Below, piece by piece: positions 34,294 to 42,370 of a DNA stretch of 64,000 nucleotides (its first letter is position 1; every line of letters starts with the position of its first letter). Under the pieces are notes generated by a model. That model was not told the origin of the DNA. It searched no databases and saw nothing but the letters and a program-made list of their open reading frames with translations. A program made the translations under genes and the position numbers. Location: contig CAZFEL010000001.1 in NCBI GenBank assembly GCA_964517675.1, positions 387,588 through 451,587 on the forward strand. The letters are read 5' to 3'. The DNA is from an uncultured archaeon (GTDB lineage: Archaea; Nanohalarchaeota; Nanosalinia; Nanosalinales; Nanoanaerosalinaceae).

Positions 34294-34902
34294 TTACTCC
34301 TGGTCGACCTCGACGTCCTCTGCCTCGAAGTCATCGATCGTGTATTCGAAGGCATCGTCGTCTTCCAGCATGTCCTGGTTCTTCAGGTATTCACGGGCCA
34401 GGAGGTAGTAGATGATTGCGAGGCTGCGTGTCCCCTTGTTGTTGGCGGGGATGCAGTAGTCGATGTACTCGAGCTTGTTGACGGTGTCACAGATGGCGAC
34501 GACAGGGATGTGTGCCTGGACGGCCTCCCTGACCGCCTGCTTGTCCTCGACCGGGTCGGTGACGACCACGAGCTCTGGTTCGCGGAAGTCCTCGTTGGTC
34601 GGGTTGGTGAGGGTCCCGGGCATGAACCGTCCGTAGATGCGCTCTGCCCCGGTCGCCTCCGCGAAGGTGACGATGGGCTCGTGCCCTGCTTCCTTGCGGG
34701 AGATGATGAGGATGTCCTCCGGGTCATACTGTGCGAGGAACCGGCCGGCGGTCTCGATACGTTCGTCCGTCTGTTCGAGATCGATGATGGCTAGTTTGTT
34801 CTTCTTCACGCGGTAGATAAACGGCTTCATGTCCTCGACCTTCCGCCGCATCCCGATGTTGACACCGGCCTCCAGATAATCGTCTTTATCGATCAGCATC
34901 AT
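34294..34902 (-). CDS. rps2: ribosomal protein S2 (uS2)
   Basis: DDYLEAGVNIGMRRKVEDMKPFIYRV..LAIIDLEQT and PVVAICDT motifs. Confidence 0.9.
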   Translation of the reverse strand: MMLIDKDDYLEAGVNIGMRRKVEDMKPFIYRVKKNKLAIIDLEQTDERIETAGRFLAQYDPEDILIISRKEAGHEPIVTFAEATGAERIYGRFMPGTLTNPTNEDFREPELVVVTDPVEDKQAVREAVQAHIPVVAICDTVNKLEYIDYCIPANNKGTRSLAIIYYLLAREYLKNQDMLEDDDAFEYTIDDFEAEDVEVDQE

Positions 34903-34978
34903 GTGGTCACCGTAATCCTGTAGACAAGACCCTGTTGAAGTACAAGATTTATAAGTACAGCCCTGTGCTTGGTCCGGC

Positions 34979-36115
34979 TCAGGACACATCGGCCATCCGC
35001 GGCTCTTTGCCGTCCCGTTCCATCCGGTCCCAGAGGTAGGTTAAGCGATTCAGCTTCGCGACCCGGATGTCTGCGATCCCCGCTTTGATGAACGGGATAC
35101 TCCATTCGAGGGCGAGGTCTGCGATGCTTGTGTCAGAGGTCTCCCCGCTCCGATGGGAGATCACACAGGTGTAATCGTTGTCCTGTGCGGTCTCGACGGT
35201 CTCCTCTGTCCGGGTGACGGTGCCGGCCTGGTTGGGCTTGATGAGGATGGCATTGCCTGCCCCGTCATCGATCCCGCGCTGGAGCCGGTCCCTGGTGGTG
35301 ACAAAGAGATCGTCCCCGATGACCATCGCGTCCGTCTCCCGCCTGAGCAGCTGGTGGTTCCGGAAGTCATCTTCGTGGAACGGGTCCTCGACCGAGAGGA
35401 GATCGTACTCCTCGATGAGCTTCTGCATATACGTCAGCTGGCGGTCGGGAGGCAGCTCCATCCCGAGACTGGGATACTCATAGACCTCCCCGTTCCAGAG
35501 CTCGTTGGCAGCGACATCGAGACCGAGCCGTGCGCCGTGATCGTCGGCGACCTTCTTCAGGGCCTTGAGGGTCTTCTCGTCGTCCATGGTGGTGATGAGT
35601 GCACCCTCGTCGTTGATACCTCGGACCTTGCTGGCGTACCGTTCCTTCATCTCCTGGTAGATGGCTGCGTTGGTCCGTGCGGCCTCGGGGAACGTCTCGG
35701 CCTCGACAGGGATGATGAGGAACTCCTGGATGGAGGTGTTGCCGCCGTGTTCCCCACCGCCGATGACATTGCCCATCGGGTACGGGAAGGTCCGGCTGCG
35801 GTCGAACCCGTCTGCCTGCTTGGCGGCGAGCGAGGTCGCGATCGCGACGCTGCCGATCTCCTCGAACAGCTTGGTGCCGTCGTAGTCCTCGAGTGCAGTA
35901 TCGACCCTGGACTGGCTCATGTCCTGGCCGAGGAGTGTATCCTGGAGATCCGCTTCGATCTCGTCCAGGTCATCGGGGACGAACCCGCGTGCCTCGTGGC
36001 TGCCGGTTGAGGCCCCGGATGGCGCTGTCCCGGTGGTTCTGTTGATCTCGGCCATGACGGTCGGGTTTGTCCTGCTGTCCATGACGGTGTACAGTCCGAG
36101 GTCATCGATCTGCAT
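34979..36115 (-). CDS. eno: enolase (short form, 378 aa)
   Basis: SGASTGSHEA, EDPFHEDDF, LIKPNQAGT and SHRSGETSDTSIADLA. Confidence 0.9.
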   Translation of the reverse strand: MQIDDLGLYTVMDSRTNPTVMAEINRTTGTAPSGASTGSHEARGFVPDDLDEIEADLQDTLLGQDMSQSRVDTALEDYDGTKLFEEIGSVAIATSLAAKQADGFDRSRTFPYPMGNVIGGGEHGGNTSIQEFLIIPVEAETFPEAARTNAAIYQEMKERYASKVRGINDEGALITTMDDEKTLKALKKVADDHGARLGLDVAANELWNGEVYEYPSLGMELPPDRQLTYMQKLIEEYDLLSVEDPFHEDDFRNHQLLRRETDAMVIGDDLFVTTRDRLQRGIDDGAGNAILIKPNQAGTVTRTEETVETAQDNDYTCVISHRSGETSDTSIADLALEWSIPFIKAGIADIRVAKLNRLTYLWDRMERDGKEPRMADVS

Positions 36116-36181
36116 ACGGTATCATGGACGCTGAGAGCATAAAAAGTGTGACCGGGTGGAGAAAAAAGGAAGGGGAAAGGG

Positions 36182-36373
36182 TCACTCCCCGGCTTCAGTG
36201 CGCCTGATGGCGATGGGGAGGACGCCTTCGCGGAACTCCTTGCGGGCTACCGCGATGGGGTCTGTCTCATTGACCTCGAGCAGGGGTGGTGCACCCTCTG
36301 AAATCTGGAGTGCCCGCGCGCCGATGAGACGAGCCCGCTCGAACCGCGTGTACCGCTGTGTGTCGGTTGTCAT
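36182..36373 (-). CDS. rpoK: RNA polymerase subunit K (Rpo6)
   Basis: [35 protein letters not shown]. Confidence 0.9.
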   Translation of the reverse strand: MTTDTQRYTRFERARLIGARALQISEGAPPLLEVNETDPIAVARKEFREGVLPIAIRRTEAGE

Positions 36374-36394
36374 GGGTGGTACCTCGTACTATCG

Positions 36395-37189
36395 TTAGCC
36401 GATGTAGCCCAGGTCCTTGCCGCCCTGTTCGCTCTTTTCCTGCTGTTCCTGGACCTGCTGCTGGAGCTGCTGGATCTTCTTGATGACCTCCTCGGCCTCT
36501 TCGATCTTCTCTTCGAGGTTGGCGTAGTCCAGGTCGAGCTCGAGCATGTCTTCGATGACCTTCAGGACGACCTCGGTGGCCTTGGGGTCGGACAGGAGGA
36601 AGCCCGGTGTCTCACCGAGTAGGCAGATGCCGTCCATGCCGTACCGCTCGCCGATACCGAGCAGGAGGCCGGAGGCACCGATGATCTGTCCGACGTTGTG
36701 GTCGAAATCGATCTCGTAGTCGTCATAGCTGTCCTTGAGATCTTCCTCCGTGACGACACCGAAGACATCGGGGTCCTCGACGGTCTCGCCGGTCCCGTAG
36801 CCGCCGATGGTGACGAGCTCCTCGACGCCGAGGTCATCGAGGAGATCGACGATGGCGTGGGCGACTTCGTAGTGTCCCTGCGGGTCGAGACTCTGGGCAT
36901 CACCGATCAGGAAGATGATATCACGACCGTCATCTCTTTTGAGGTAGTAGAGTTCGTTCTTGAGTATATCGAGCGTACTGTCCTCGTCGACGATTGTCCA
37001 GTGCGGGAAATGATGTGAGAGCACCTCGCCGAACTTCTCGGCATCGAGGTGATCGATCAGGTAATCGACGGCCGTCCGCCCGATGTGGCCGATACCTGTC
37101 AGTCCCTCGATGAAGACGGGATCTTCGAGTTCGGGTTGGTCCTCGAGGAGGACGTTGGTGCTGTCGTGATGTTGGGGATCGGTATCCAT
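36395..37189 (-). CDS. PAC2-family proteasome-assembly-chaperone-like protein
   Basis: PVFIEGLTGIGHIGRTAVDYLIDHL and IIFLIGDAQS. Coiled-coil Q-rich tail ending in GKDLGYIG. Confidence 0.8.
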   Translation of the reverse strand: MDTDPQHHDSTNVLLEDQPELEDPVFIEGLTGIGHIGRTAVDYLIDHLDAEKFGEVLSHHFPHWTIVDEDSTLDILKNELYYLKRDDGRDIIFLIGDAQSLDPQGHYEVAHAIVDLLDDLGVEELVTIGGYGTGETVEDPDVFGVVTEEDLKDSYDDYEIDFDHNVGQIIGASGLLLGIGERYGMDGICLLGETPGFLLSDPKATEVVLKVIEDMLELDLDYANLEEKIEEAEEVIKKIQQLQQQVQEQQEKSEQGGKDLGYIG

Positions 37190-37195
37190 GATGTA

Positions 37196-37360
37196 TCAGT
37201 CCTCGTGGTCTGTGCTTTTGGTCTCCCGGCGGTATTCGCCGTATTCGTCGGGGAAGGAAAACGATGGCGGGCCGGGATCTGTCGTCTCGTCGCCGCAGTC
37301 GTCACAGCGGGGTTCGAGCGTATACAGGTTGCACGTGTCGCACTTTTTAATCTTCCCCAT
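37196..37360 (-). CDS. nop10: H/ACA RNP protein Nop10
   Basis: MGKIKKCDTCNLYTLEPRCDDCGDET..FSFPDEYGEYRR. ATG at 37360. Confidence 0.9.
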   Translation of the reverse strand: MGKIKKCDTCNLYTLEPRCDDCGDETTDPGPPSFSFPDEYGEYRRETKSTDHED

Positions 37361-37391
37361 CGGTATCACCGCTGCTTCCGTTTCTGCCGGT

Positions 37392-38153
37392 CTAGGCTCG
37401 TTCGAAGCTGAACGTGCCGCTTGCCTCTTCGATACGGTCGCGGATGGCGTCTGTCGTCTCGTCCATCCGCTCTTTGGCCTGCTCCTGGTTGCGTCCCCAG
37501 ACCTCGATCTTGTACTGGGGGGCCGAGATGTAGTTGATATCAACCCCGTCGTCTGTCACAAGTGCGTCCTTGATCGTCTGGAGCCCATCGCCTGTCGGGA
37601 CCTCGATCGAGAGCTCGCCCTCGAGTTTGACCTGCTTGAGGGAGATGTTGTCCTTCGCGACCTCGATGACGGCATCGAAATAGTCATCGTCGATGACATC
37701 GGCGATCGCGTCCTGATCGACGACCGCCTCCTCGAACCCGTCGAAGGTGTTGCCGAACTCCTTCTGAAGCGGGAACGCGACGTCCTCGTAGACCTCCTCG
37801 AAGTCCGTACCGACCTTCTGTGCTACCTTCTCGATGAACTTGTCTGCTTTCTTTTCCTTGTTCCATTCCTGCATCTTCTCCCGCTTCTGCTTGTCGTTGA
37901 CGCGCTTGAGCGAGAGGTTGAGGGTGCTTGCATCGTCATCGTCTTCTTCGAGGACCATGGCGACTGTCTTCTCGCCTTCATCGAGGTGCTTGCGGATATC
38001 GCGGACCCACGAGCGGGAGACCTCTGAGATGTGGATGAGGCCCTCGACGTCGGGGTGCTCGTCGAGTGTGGCATAGACAGAATGAGGGTTGATCTCTTCT
38101 ATCTCGATGACGACCAGGCTACCTTCCTCGGGACGTTCTTTGTAGCTCCGCAT
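37392..38153 (-). CDS. eif2a: translation initiation factor aIF2 alpha
   Basis: S1 domain (GSLVVIEIEEINPHSVYATLDE..GLIHISEV) followed by helical and alpha-beta domains. Confidence 0.95.
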   Translation of the reverse strand: MRSYKERPEEGSLVVIEIEEINPHSVYATLDEHPDVEGLIHISEVSRSWVRDIRKHLDEGEKTVAMVLEEDDDDASTLNLSLKRVNDKQKREKMQEWNKEKKADKFIEKVAQKVGTDFEEVYEDVAFPLQKEFGNTFDGFEEAVVDQDAIADVIDDDYFDAVIEVAKDNISLKQVKLEGELSIEVPTGDGLQTIKDALVTDDGVDINYISAPQYKIEVWGRNQEQAKERMDETTDAIRDRIEEASGTFSFERA

Positions 38154-38160
38154 GAGATGC

Positions 38161-38355
38161 TCACGCGATCTCCTGGAGGAGTTCGCCGGTCACTGTGCCG
38201 CGGCCGCCTGTCGCTTCGACGAGCGGTTCGTCACAGACCAGGCATTCGACGTCCTCTGCTGGTTTATCGAAGACGGTCTGCTCGTTGCCGCATTCGGGGC
38301 ACTTGACTTCGATGAACTTGCTGTCGGGGCTGTCTCGTCGTACCATTGGTATCAC
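38161..38355 (-). CDS. rps27e: ribosomal protein S27e
   Basis: SKFIEVKCPECGNEQTVFDKPAEDVECLVCDEPL. The GTG at 38355 overlaps the L44e stop; an alternative ATG is at 38346. Confidence 0.9.
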   Translation of the reverse strand: MIPMVRRDSPDSKFIEVKCPECGNEQTVFDKPAEDVECLVCDEPLVEATGGRGTVTGELLQEIA

Positions 38356-38651
38356 TCGATGTCGAACTTGGCTGCCCTGATCGGGTTGGACGGTTTGTGC
38401 GCCTTGCCGCAGTCCTTACACTGGAGCTTGAGGTCCTTCTTCTCGCTGGTCGGGTTCTTGCGTCCCCGGGAGCGATGGGAGGGGTCCTCGAACGGGAAGC
38501 TTCCGTAGCCCTTGTCGATCTTGCGCTGTCGCTTCCTGTGCTTCTTCGACATGGCGGATGTCCTGCCTTTGGTGTCTTCCTTCACGATGTGTTCCTGGTG
38601 GGAGTCACAGTGAGGACAGTACCGCTTCATCTCTTTGGGTATCGTTACCAT
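38352..38651 (-). CDS. rpl44e: ribosomal protein L44e (eL42)
   Basis: MVTIPKEMKRYCPHCDSHQEH..LKLQCKDCGKAH. ATG at 38651. tttttaaag box upstream. Confidence 0.9.
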   Translation of the reverse strand: MVTIPKEMKRYCPHCDSHQEHIVKEDTKGRTSAMSKKHRKRQRKIDKGYGSFPFEDPSHRSRGRKNPTSEKKDLKLQCKDCGKAHKPSNPIRAAKFDIE

Positions 38652-38709
38652 ACATGCATCCCTCGGTGGCAAGAAATCGGCCTCAACATTTTTAAAGTAA
38701 CCCGTACCC

Positions 38710-39693
38710 TCACTCGAGCGGCTCTGCCTTGTCCTGGTCCTGGAGGACCTCGGCGTTCTCATCCGGGATGGTCGCTGTCTCGCCTTCCTCGAACGGTCCG
38801 TAGGACTGGAGGTCCACGCCCATGAACTCGCTGACATCGGCGGTCATCCGGACCTCGACCATCTCCTCGCCATCGTCCTCGGTGTCATCATCGTCGTTAT
38901 CTGCTTTCTCCTCCTGCTCGTCACCATCGTCCGCCTCGAGGTCACCGGTCGTCCGCTCGTCGGGCTCGTTATCGTCCTCGTCCGTGTCATCGCCACCGCC
39001 GAACAGCAGCTCACCGTCATCATCGCCCTCCGCTGATTCCGTGTCCTCCTCGTCTCCCGGAGATGGAGACGTGGTCTCGTTGTCGTCCTCCGTTTCGTCA
39101 TCGGTATCGTCGCCTGGCTCGAGGAGCTCGTCGTCTTCTGTCTGTTCTTCCTCGTCGTTTGCTGTCATCTCTTCATCGTCATCGCTGTCAGGCGTGGGAC
39201 CTGGTTCACGCTCGTTTTCCTCCGTCTCCTGGTCCCCGGTATCTGTGTCCGCTTCCTCGAGGGATCTGTCTGCTGTCGTGTCCTCGCCTGTTCCGCTGTC
39301 CGTCGTGGCTGCCTCGGCCGGATCTGGCTCTTTGTCGTCGCTGAACAGCTGGTCCTCGATGTCCCTGCGATGCTCGGTGATGCTCTCGCGGACCTTATCG
39401 AACAGGACCTCTTCCTCGGGCAGGAGATTCTCGACGCTGATGTCTGACTTTGTCGAGAGGAAGGCCAAGCGGATGATCTTTTTCTGGCGGGAATCGAGGA
39501 TGTCCCGGACGATGTGTTTGGCGTTGCGGTACTCCTTGTCGTTGAGATGGCCGCCGATCCGTTGCTTGCGGTTGAGGTAGTCCCTGACCCTCTCGAAGAA
39601 CTGATCGTCCAGGTCACCGAGGGTGTCTTCGTCCTGCTCGGTGTTCTGGATGTCCTTGAGCTGTTCGAAGGTGAGGATGTCCTCGTCGACCAT
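38710..39693 (-). CDS. GINS subunit (Gins51/Gins15-type) with a very long acidic insertion
   Basis: N-terminal A-domain-like LTFEQLKDIQNTE..FFERVRDYL. C-terminal B-domain-like VEVRMTADVSEFMGVDLQSYGPFEEGETATIPDENAEVL. About 165 aa of D/E/T/G lie between them. Confidence 0.7.
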   Translation of the reverse strand: MVDEDILTFEQLKDIQNTEQDEDTLGDLDDQFFERVRDYLNRKQRIGGHLNDKEYRNAKHIVRDILDSRQKKIIRLAFLSTKSDISVENLLPEEEVLFDKVRESITEHRRDIEDQLFSDDKEPDPAEAATTDSGTGEDTTADRSLEEADTDTGDQETEENEREPGPTPDSDDDEEMTANDEEEQTEDDELLEPGDDTDDETEDDNETTSPSPGDEEDTESAEGDDDGELLFGGGDDTDEDDNEPDERTTGDLEADDGDEQEEKADNDDDDTEDDGEEMVEVRMTADVSEFMGVDLQSYGPFEEGETATIPDENAEVLQDQDKAEPLE

Positions 39694-39783
39694 CGGTCCT
39701 ACGTGCGTGTCGAAGATTTAAAATGGGCCGAGGTCTTCCTGATCGGCGGGACTGACTTAAGTATTGGCAGGAAAGATGGGTCC

Positions 39784-40119
39784 ATGTACCACCCCGCGAA
39801 GGTCGAACACGTCGTCGACGATGATGGACCCGTGCTGATGGTCGAAACCTGGGACGGCAACCTGTTCTCGCTGGCCGCCGCTGACAGGATAGACGCGGAG
39901 GACATCGAGGAGGGCGATGTCGTGTTGATCGATTACTATCCCCGCAAGGGTCTGGACCTGCCGAACCCCAAACAGGAGGTCTCGCATGTCCTGGACGAGG
40001 AAGATGGCGAGATCGTCTGGGAGACCTACGAGCAGTCCTTCGAGGCCGGACCCGATCAGCAGACACAGGCGATGGGCGGGATGCCCGGTCAGCGGTTCGA
40101 CGGCAACTACATCGGCTGA
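39784..40119 (+). CDS. hypothetical acidic 111-aa protein with a Q/G-rich tail ending in GNYIG
   Basis: ATG at 39784, preceded by gatttaaaat about 60 nt upstream. No homologue recognised. Confidence 0.55.
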   Translation: MYHPAKVEHVVDDDGPVLMVETWDGNLFSLAAADRIDAEDIEEGDVVLIDYYPRKGLDLPNPKQEVSHVLDEEDGEIVWETYEQSFEAGPDQQTQAMGGMPGQRFDGNYIG

Positions 40120-40125
40120 GAAGGT

Positions 40126-40572
40126 TCAGCGGAGCAGTGTACTTGCCACAATATCTCCGTTGTGCACAATGGTGAGGTTCTGTGGGCTGGATGATGCTGG
40201 AATCGTGATCTCGCCCGTGTATATGCCCATCAAGACGGAATCGCCGTTCCCGCATCGGACTGGCTCTCGAGGAGGGGTGCTGAGGTGGAGGTATTGTGTA
40301 TCGTTGTTCTGGGTAATGGTTGTGACGAACTCTGGGGTTCCTGTGACGTTCATCGGGATGGTTGTTCCCTCGATTTTGATGGTCCAGGGATCTCTTTTCG
40401 AGGTAATCGAGATTGTAGCTTGATTGACTGCCTCATCAAGACAGGCAGTCTCTTCCTCAAGACTGGTCTGGGTGCTGGGTGACCCGACAGCTAATGTAGG
40501 CACCAGCATTCCGATACCGAGCCCAATCAGGAGGCTGAGGAGGGCAGGCATTGATCGATGTATTGATATCAC
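40126..40572 (-). CDS. small secreted or membrane-anchored protein, paralogue of the upstream gene
   Basis: N-terminal hydrophobic segment. Shares ..I(T/K)IEG..(ST)P.....CG......G.Y....T(V/I)P......L(T)(V/I)(M/V)H.. with 40569-41030. Confidence 0.6.
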   Translation of the reverse strand: MISIHRSMPALLSLLIGLGIGMLVPTLAVGSPSTQTSLEEETACLDEAVNQATISITSKRDPWTIKIEGTTIPMNVTGTPEFVTTITQNNDTQYLHLSTPPREPVRCGNGDSVLMGIYTGEITIPASSSPQNLTIVHNGDIVASTLLR

Positions 40573-41030
40573 CGCAGGCGGTTAAGTGGTACTGTCTTTA
40601 CAGGTTTGCTGTCATGCATGACAGTGAGACGCCTGTAGCCGGCTTCTTCCGGGACGGTCAGCGATGCGTTGTAGCGTCCTAGCCAGTCCTCGGAAGGCGT
40701 ACCACACGCTGTCATGTTCCCCCCTCGGTCTGGGGTGCTGACGTGGAAGACAACGGTATCATCACGGTACTGGATGTCGGTCGCTAAATCAGGTCCAGCA
40801 GTGATGCCTTCGGGGAGATCAATGATGCCTTCGATGGTAATCGTCTCTCTGGCGATGGAGAGGGTGACCTGATTGAGATGATTCTGCCCGCAGCCCATTT
40901 CAGATGATGTCTGCTGTATCGATGCTGTCGCTGGGAGCGGTGAACGATTTTCTGTAGGATGCGAGATGGCAAGGCCTATGATGAGGCCGACTATCAAGTT
41001 GAGGGAGATAAGCACGTAATATTTTTTCAT
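40569..41030 (-). CDS. small secreted or membrane-anchored protein, paralogue of the downstream gene
   Basis: MKKYYVLISLNLIVGLIIGLAIS signal/anchor. Overlaps the next gene by 4 nt. Confidence 0.6.
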   Translation of the reverse strand: MKKYYVLISLNLIVGLIIGLAISHPTENRSPLPATASIQQTSSEMGCGQNHLNQVTLSIARETITIEGIIDLPEGITAGPDLATDIQYRDDTVVFHVSTPDRGGNMTACGTPSEDWLGRYNASLTVPEEAGYRRLTVMHDSKPVKTVPLNRLR

Positions 41031-41051
41031 GATATGCGATTCGAGTCACAT

Positions 41052-42308
41052 TCAGGGGGCCATAAAGTAGCCTCCAAGTTCGTTATCTATGGTTTCTGCA
41101 GTTGGGCCATGTGTTTCGTCAAAGAAGTCATCATCAATGTCCCAGTTGTGCGCAATAATGCCGCAGATATAGGCATCATCGTTTGCGTCCCCACATGTGC
41201 TATTGTTGTCGATGTGGAGCATAGGACCTCCTGAATCTCCGTTGCCCGTGGAGTGATCTACAGCCACCCCCTGTACCTCGTCGGTTTGATGCTTTGTGAA
41301 TGCCGTAATATAGCTGGAATCACGGCAGGAGTTGAATCCTTGGGTATTTACGGTCCAATCTTCATCGTCAAGGTGTGTGCGAAGGGCGTTATTGTTCTTT
41401 CTCCCTGCTACAGGTACATCCTCGTTGTCGGTATAATCGGGGGTTGATATCCAAGGATGTGGCGTTTCATTGCTGGTGGGTCTAATATACCCGACATCGA
41501 TTTCGAAAATTGAAAGGTCACTGTTCCATTGCTTCAGAACTACGTCTTCTGCTTCACCTAACGCGTCTATACTGTTTTCAGGATTGCTATCTTCCATCTC
41601 GTAAGCGAAGTTGCCTTCGTCTTTGAGTACATGTCCGGCGGTCAACCATCCGTCACCATGTGTTGGATGATAGTATGCTGCTCCAACAGTGCCGCCATGC
41701 CAATCATCGGTGTCAGCTGCTATTGCAGCCCCGGCTGGAACATCAGTATGTTGAGTGCTGAAGCTGTAATCACAGGATCCTGTGCAGGAATTGGCAGTGC
41801 CCTCAAACTCTTCGGCTGAAATATCGATATCGAATGTTTCTTCTCCGAGGTCTGAGGAGCCAGTAAGTGTGTCTGGAAGTTCGTCGTCTAACTGATCGGC
41901 CGTATATGAGGAACGGTCTTCAACAAGAACATCAACTCTTTCACCCGTTGTGCTTTCTTCATCACCGCGTATTGCCACCCAGATTGGCTCTTCCGGATCA
42001 TCGACTAAATCTTGAATGTATGAGCGTGTCTTCTCCATGACTTCATCGGTAGCTCGTTGTTTGTTCCATTTCTCTTTGGGAACTGCTTCGTAATGTGGCT
42101 CTGTTCCAACGAACTCTCCATTTTCATTGGTAATGTAATCATATCCTGCGACGTATGGTACTTCTTCCTCTGGGTTGTATGTGATATCGCCGATCTGTGC
42201 TTCGTCCTCGCTGAGGAGGTCGACGGCACTGAGTGAGACGCCGGCTCCGAGTGCTTTGAGGATGTTTCGCCTGTTCATCTCGAGCGTGTCGTCGGACTCG
42301 TCTGCCAT
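41052..42308 (-). CDS. Tat-signal secreted trypsin-like (S1 family) serine protease with a long N-terminal pro-region
   Basis: NRRNILKALGAGVSLSA twin-arginine signal. Triad candidates: LTAGHVL (His), SDLSIFEI (Asp), GNGDSGGPML (Ser). GC content is markedly lower than in the flanks. Confidence 0.8.
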   Translation of the reverse strand: MADESDDTLEMNRRNILKALGAGVSLSAVDLLSEDEAQIGDITYNPEEEVPYVAGYDYITNENGEFVGTEPHYEAVPKEKWNKQRATDEVMEKTRSYIQDLVDDPEEPIWVAIRGDEESTTGERVDVLVEDRSSYTADQLDDELPDTLTGSSDLGEETFDIDISAEEFEGTANSCTGSCDYSFSTQHTDVPAGAAIAADTDDWHGGTVGAAYYHPTHGDGWLTAGHVLKDEGNFAYEMEDSNPENSIDALGEAEDVVLKQWNSDLSIFEIDVGYIRPTSNETPHPWISTPDYTDNEDVPVAGRKNNNALRTHLDDEDWTVNTQGFNSCRDSSYITAFTKHQTDEVQGVAVDHSTGNGDSGGPMLHIDNNSTCGDANDDAYICGIIAHNWDIDDDFFDETHGPTAETIDNELGGYFMAP

Positions 42309-42370
42309 GACTAGAACCCGATGACGTGTAGGTAGAGTTTCGTTAAAAAAGGTTTTTGGGCGTCACATCT

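Noticed and set aside
38847-39342. GA-rich quasi-repeats that at first glance resemble a tandem-repeat or CRISPR-like array.
   Set aside because: The region is an uninterrupted reading frame encoding the acidic linker of the GINS protein. There are no fixed-length repeat/spacer units. No CRISPR array was seen anywhere in the window.
40126-42370. The low-GC island considered as a prophage or integrative element.
   Set aside because: It holds only three genes, with no integrase, no flanking tRNA and no direct repeats that I could find. I report it only as compositionally atypical DNA.
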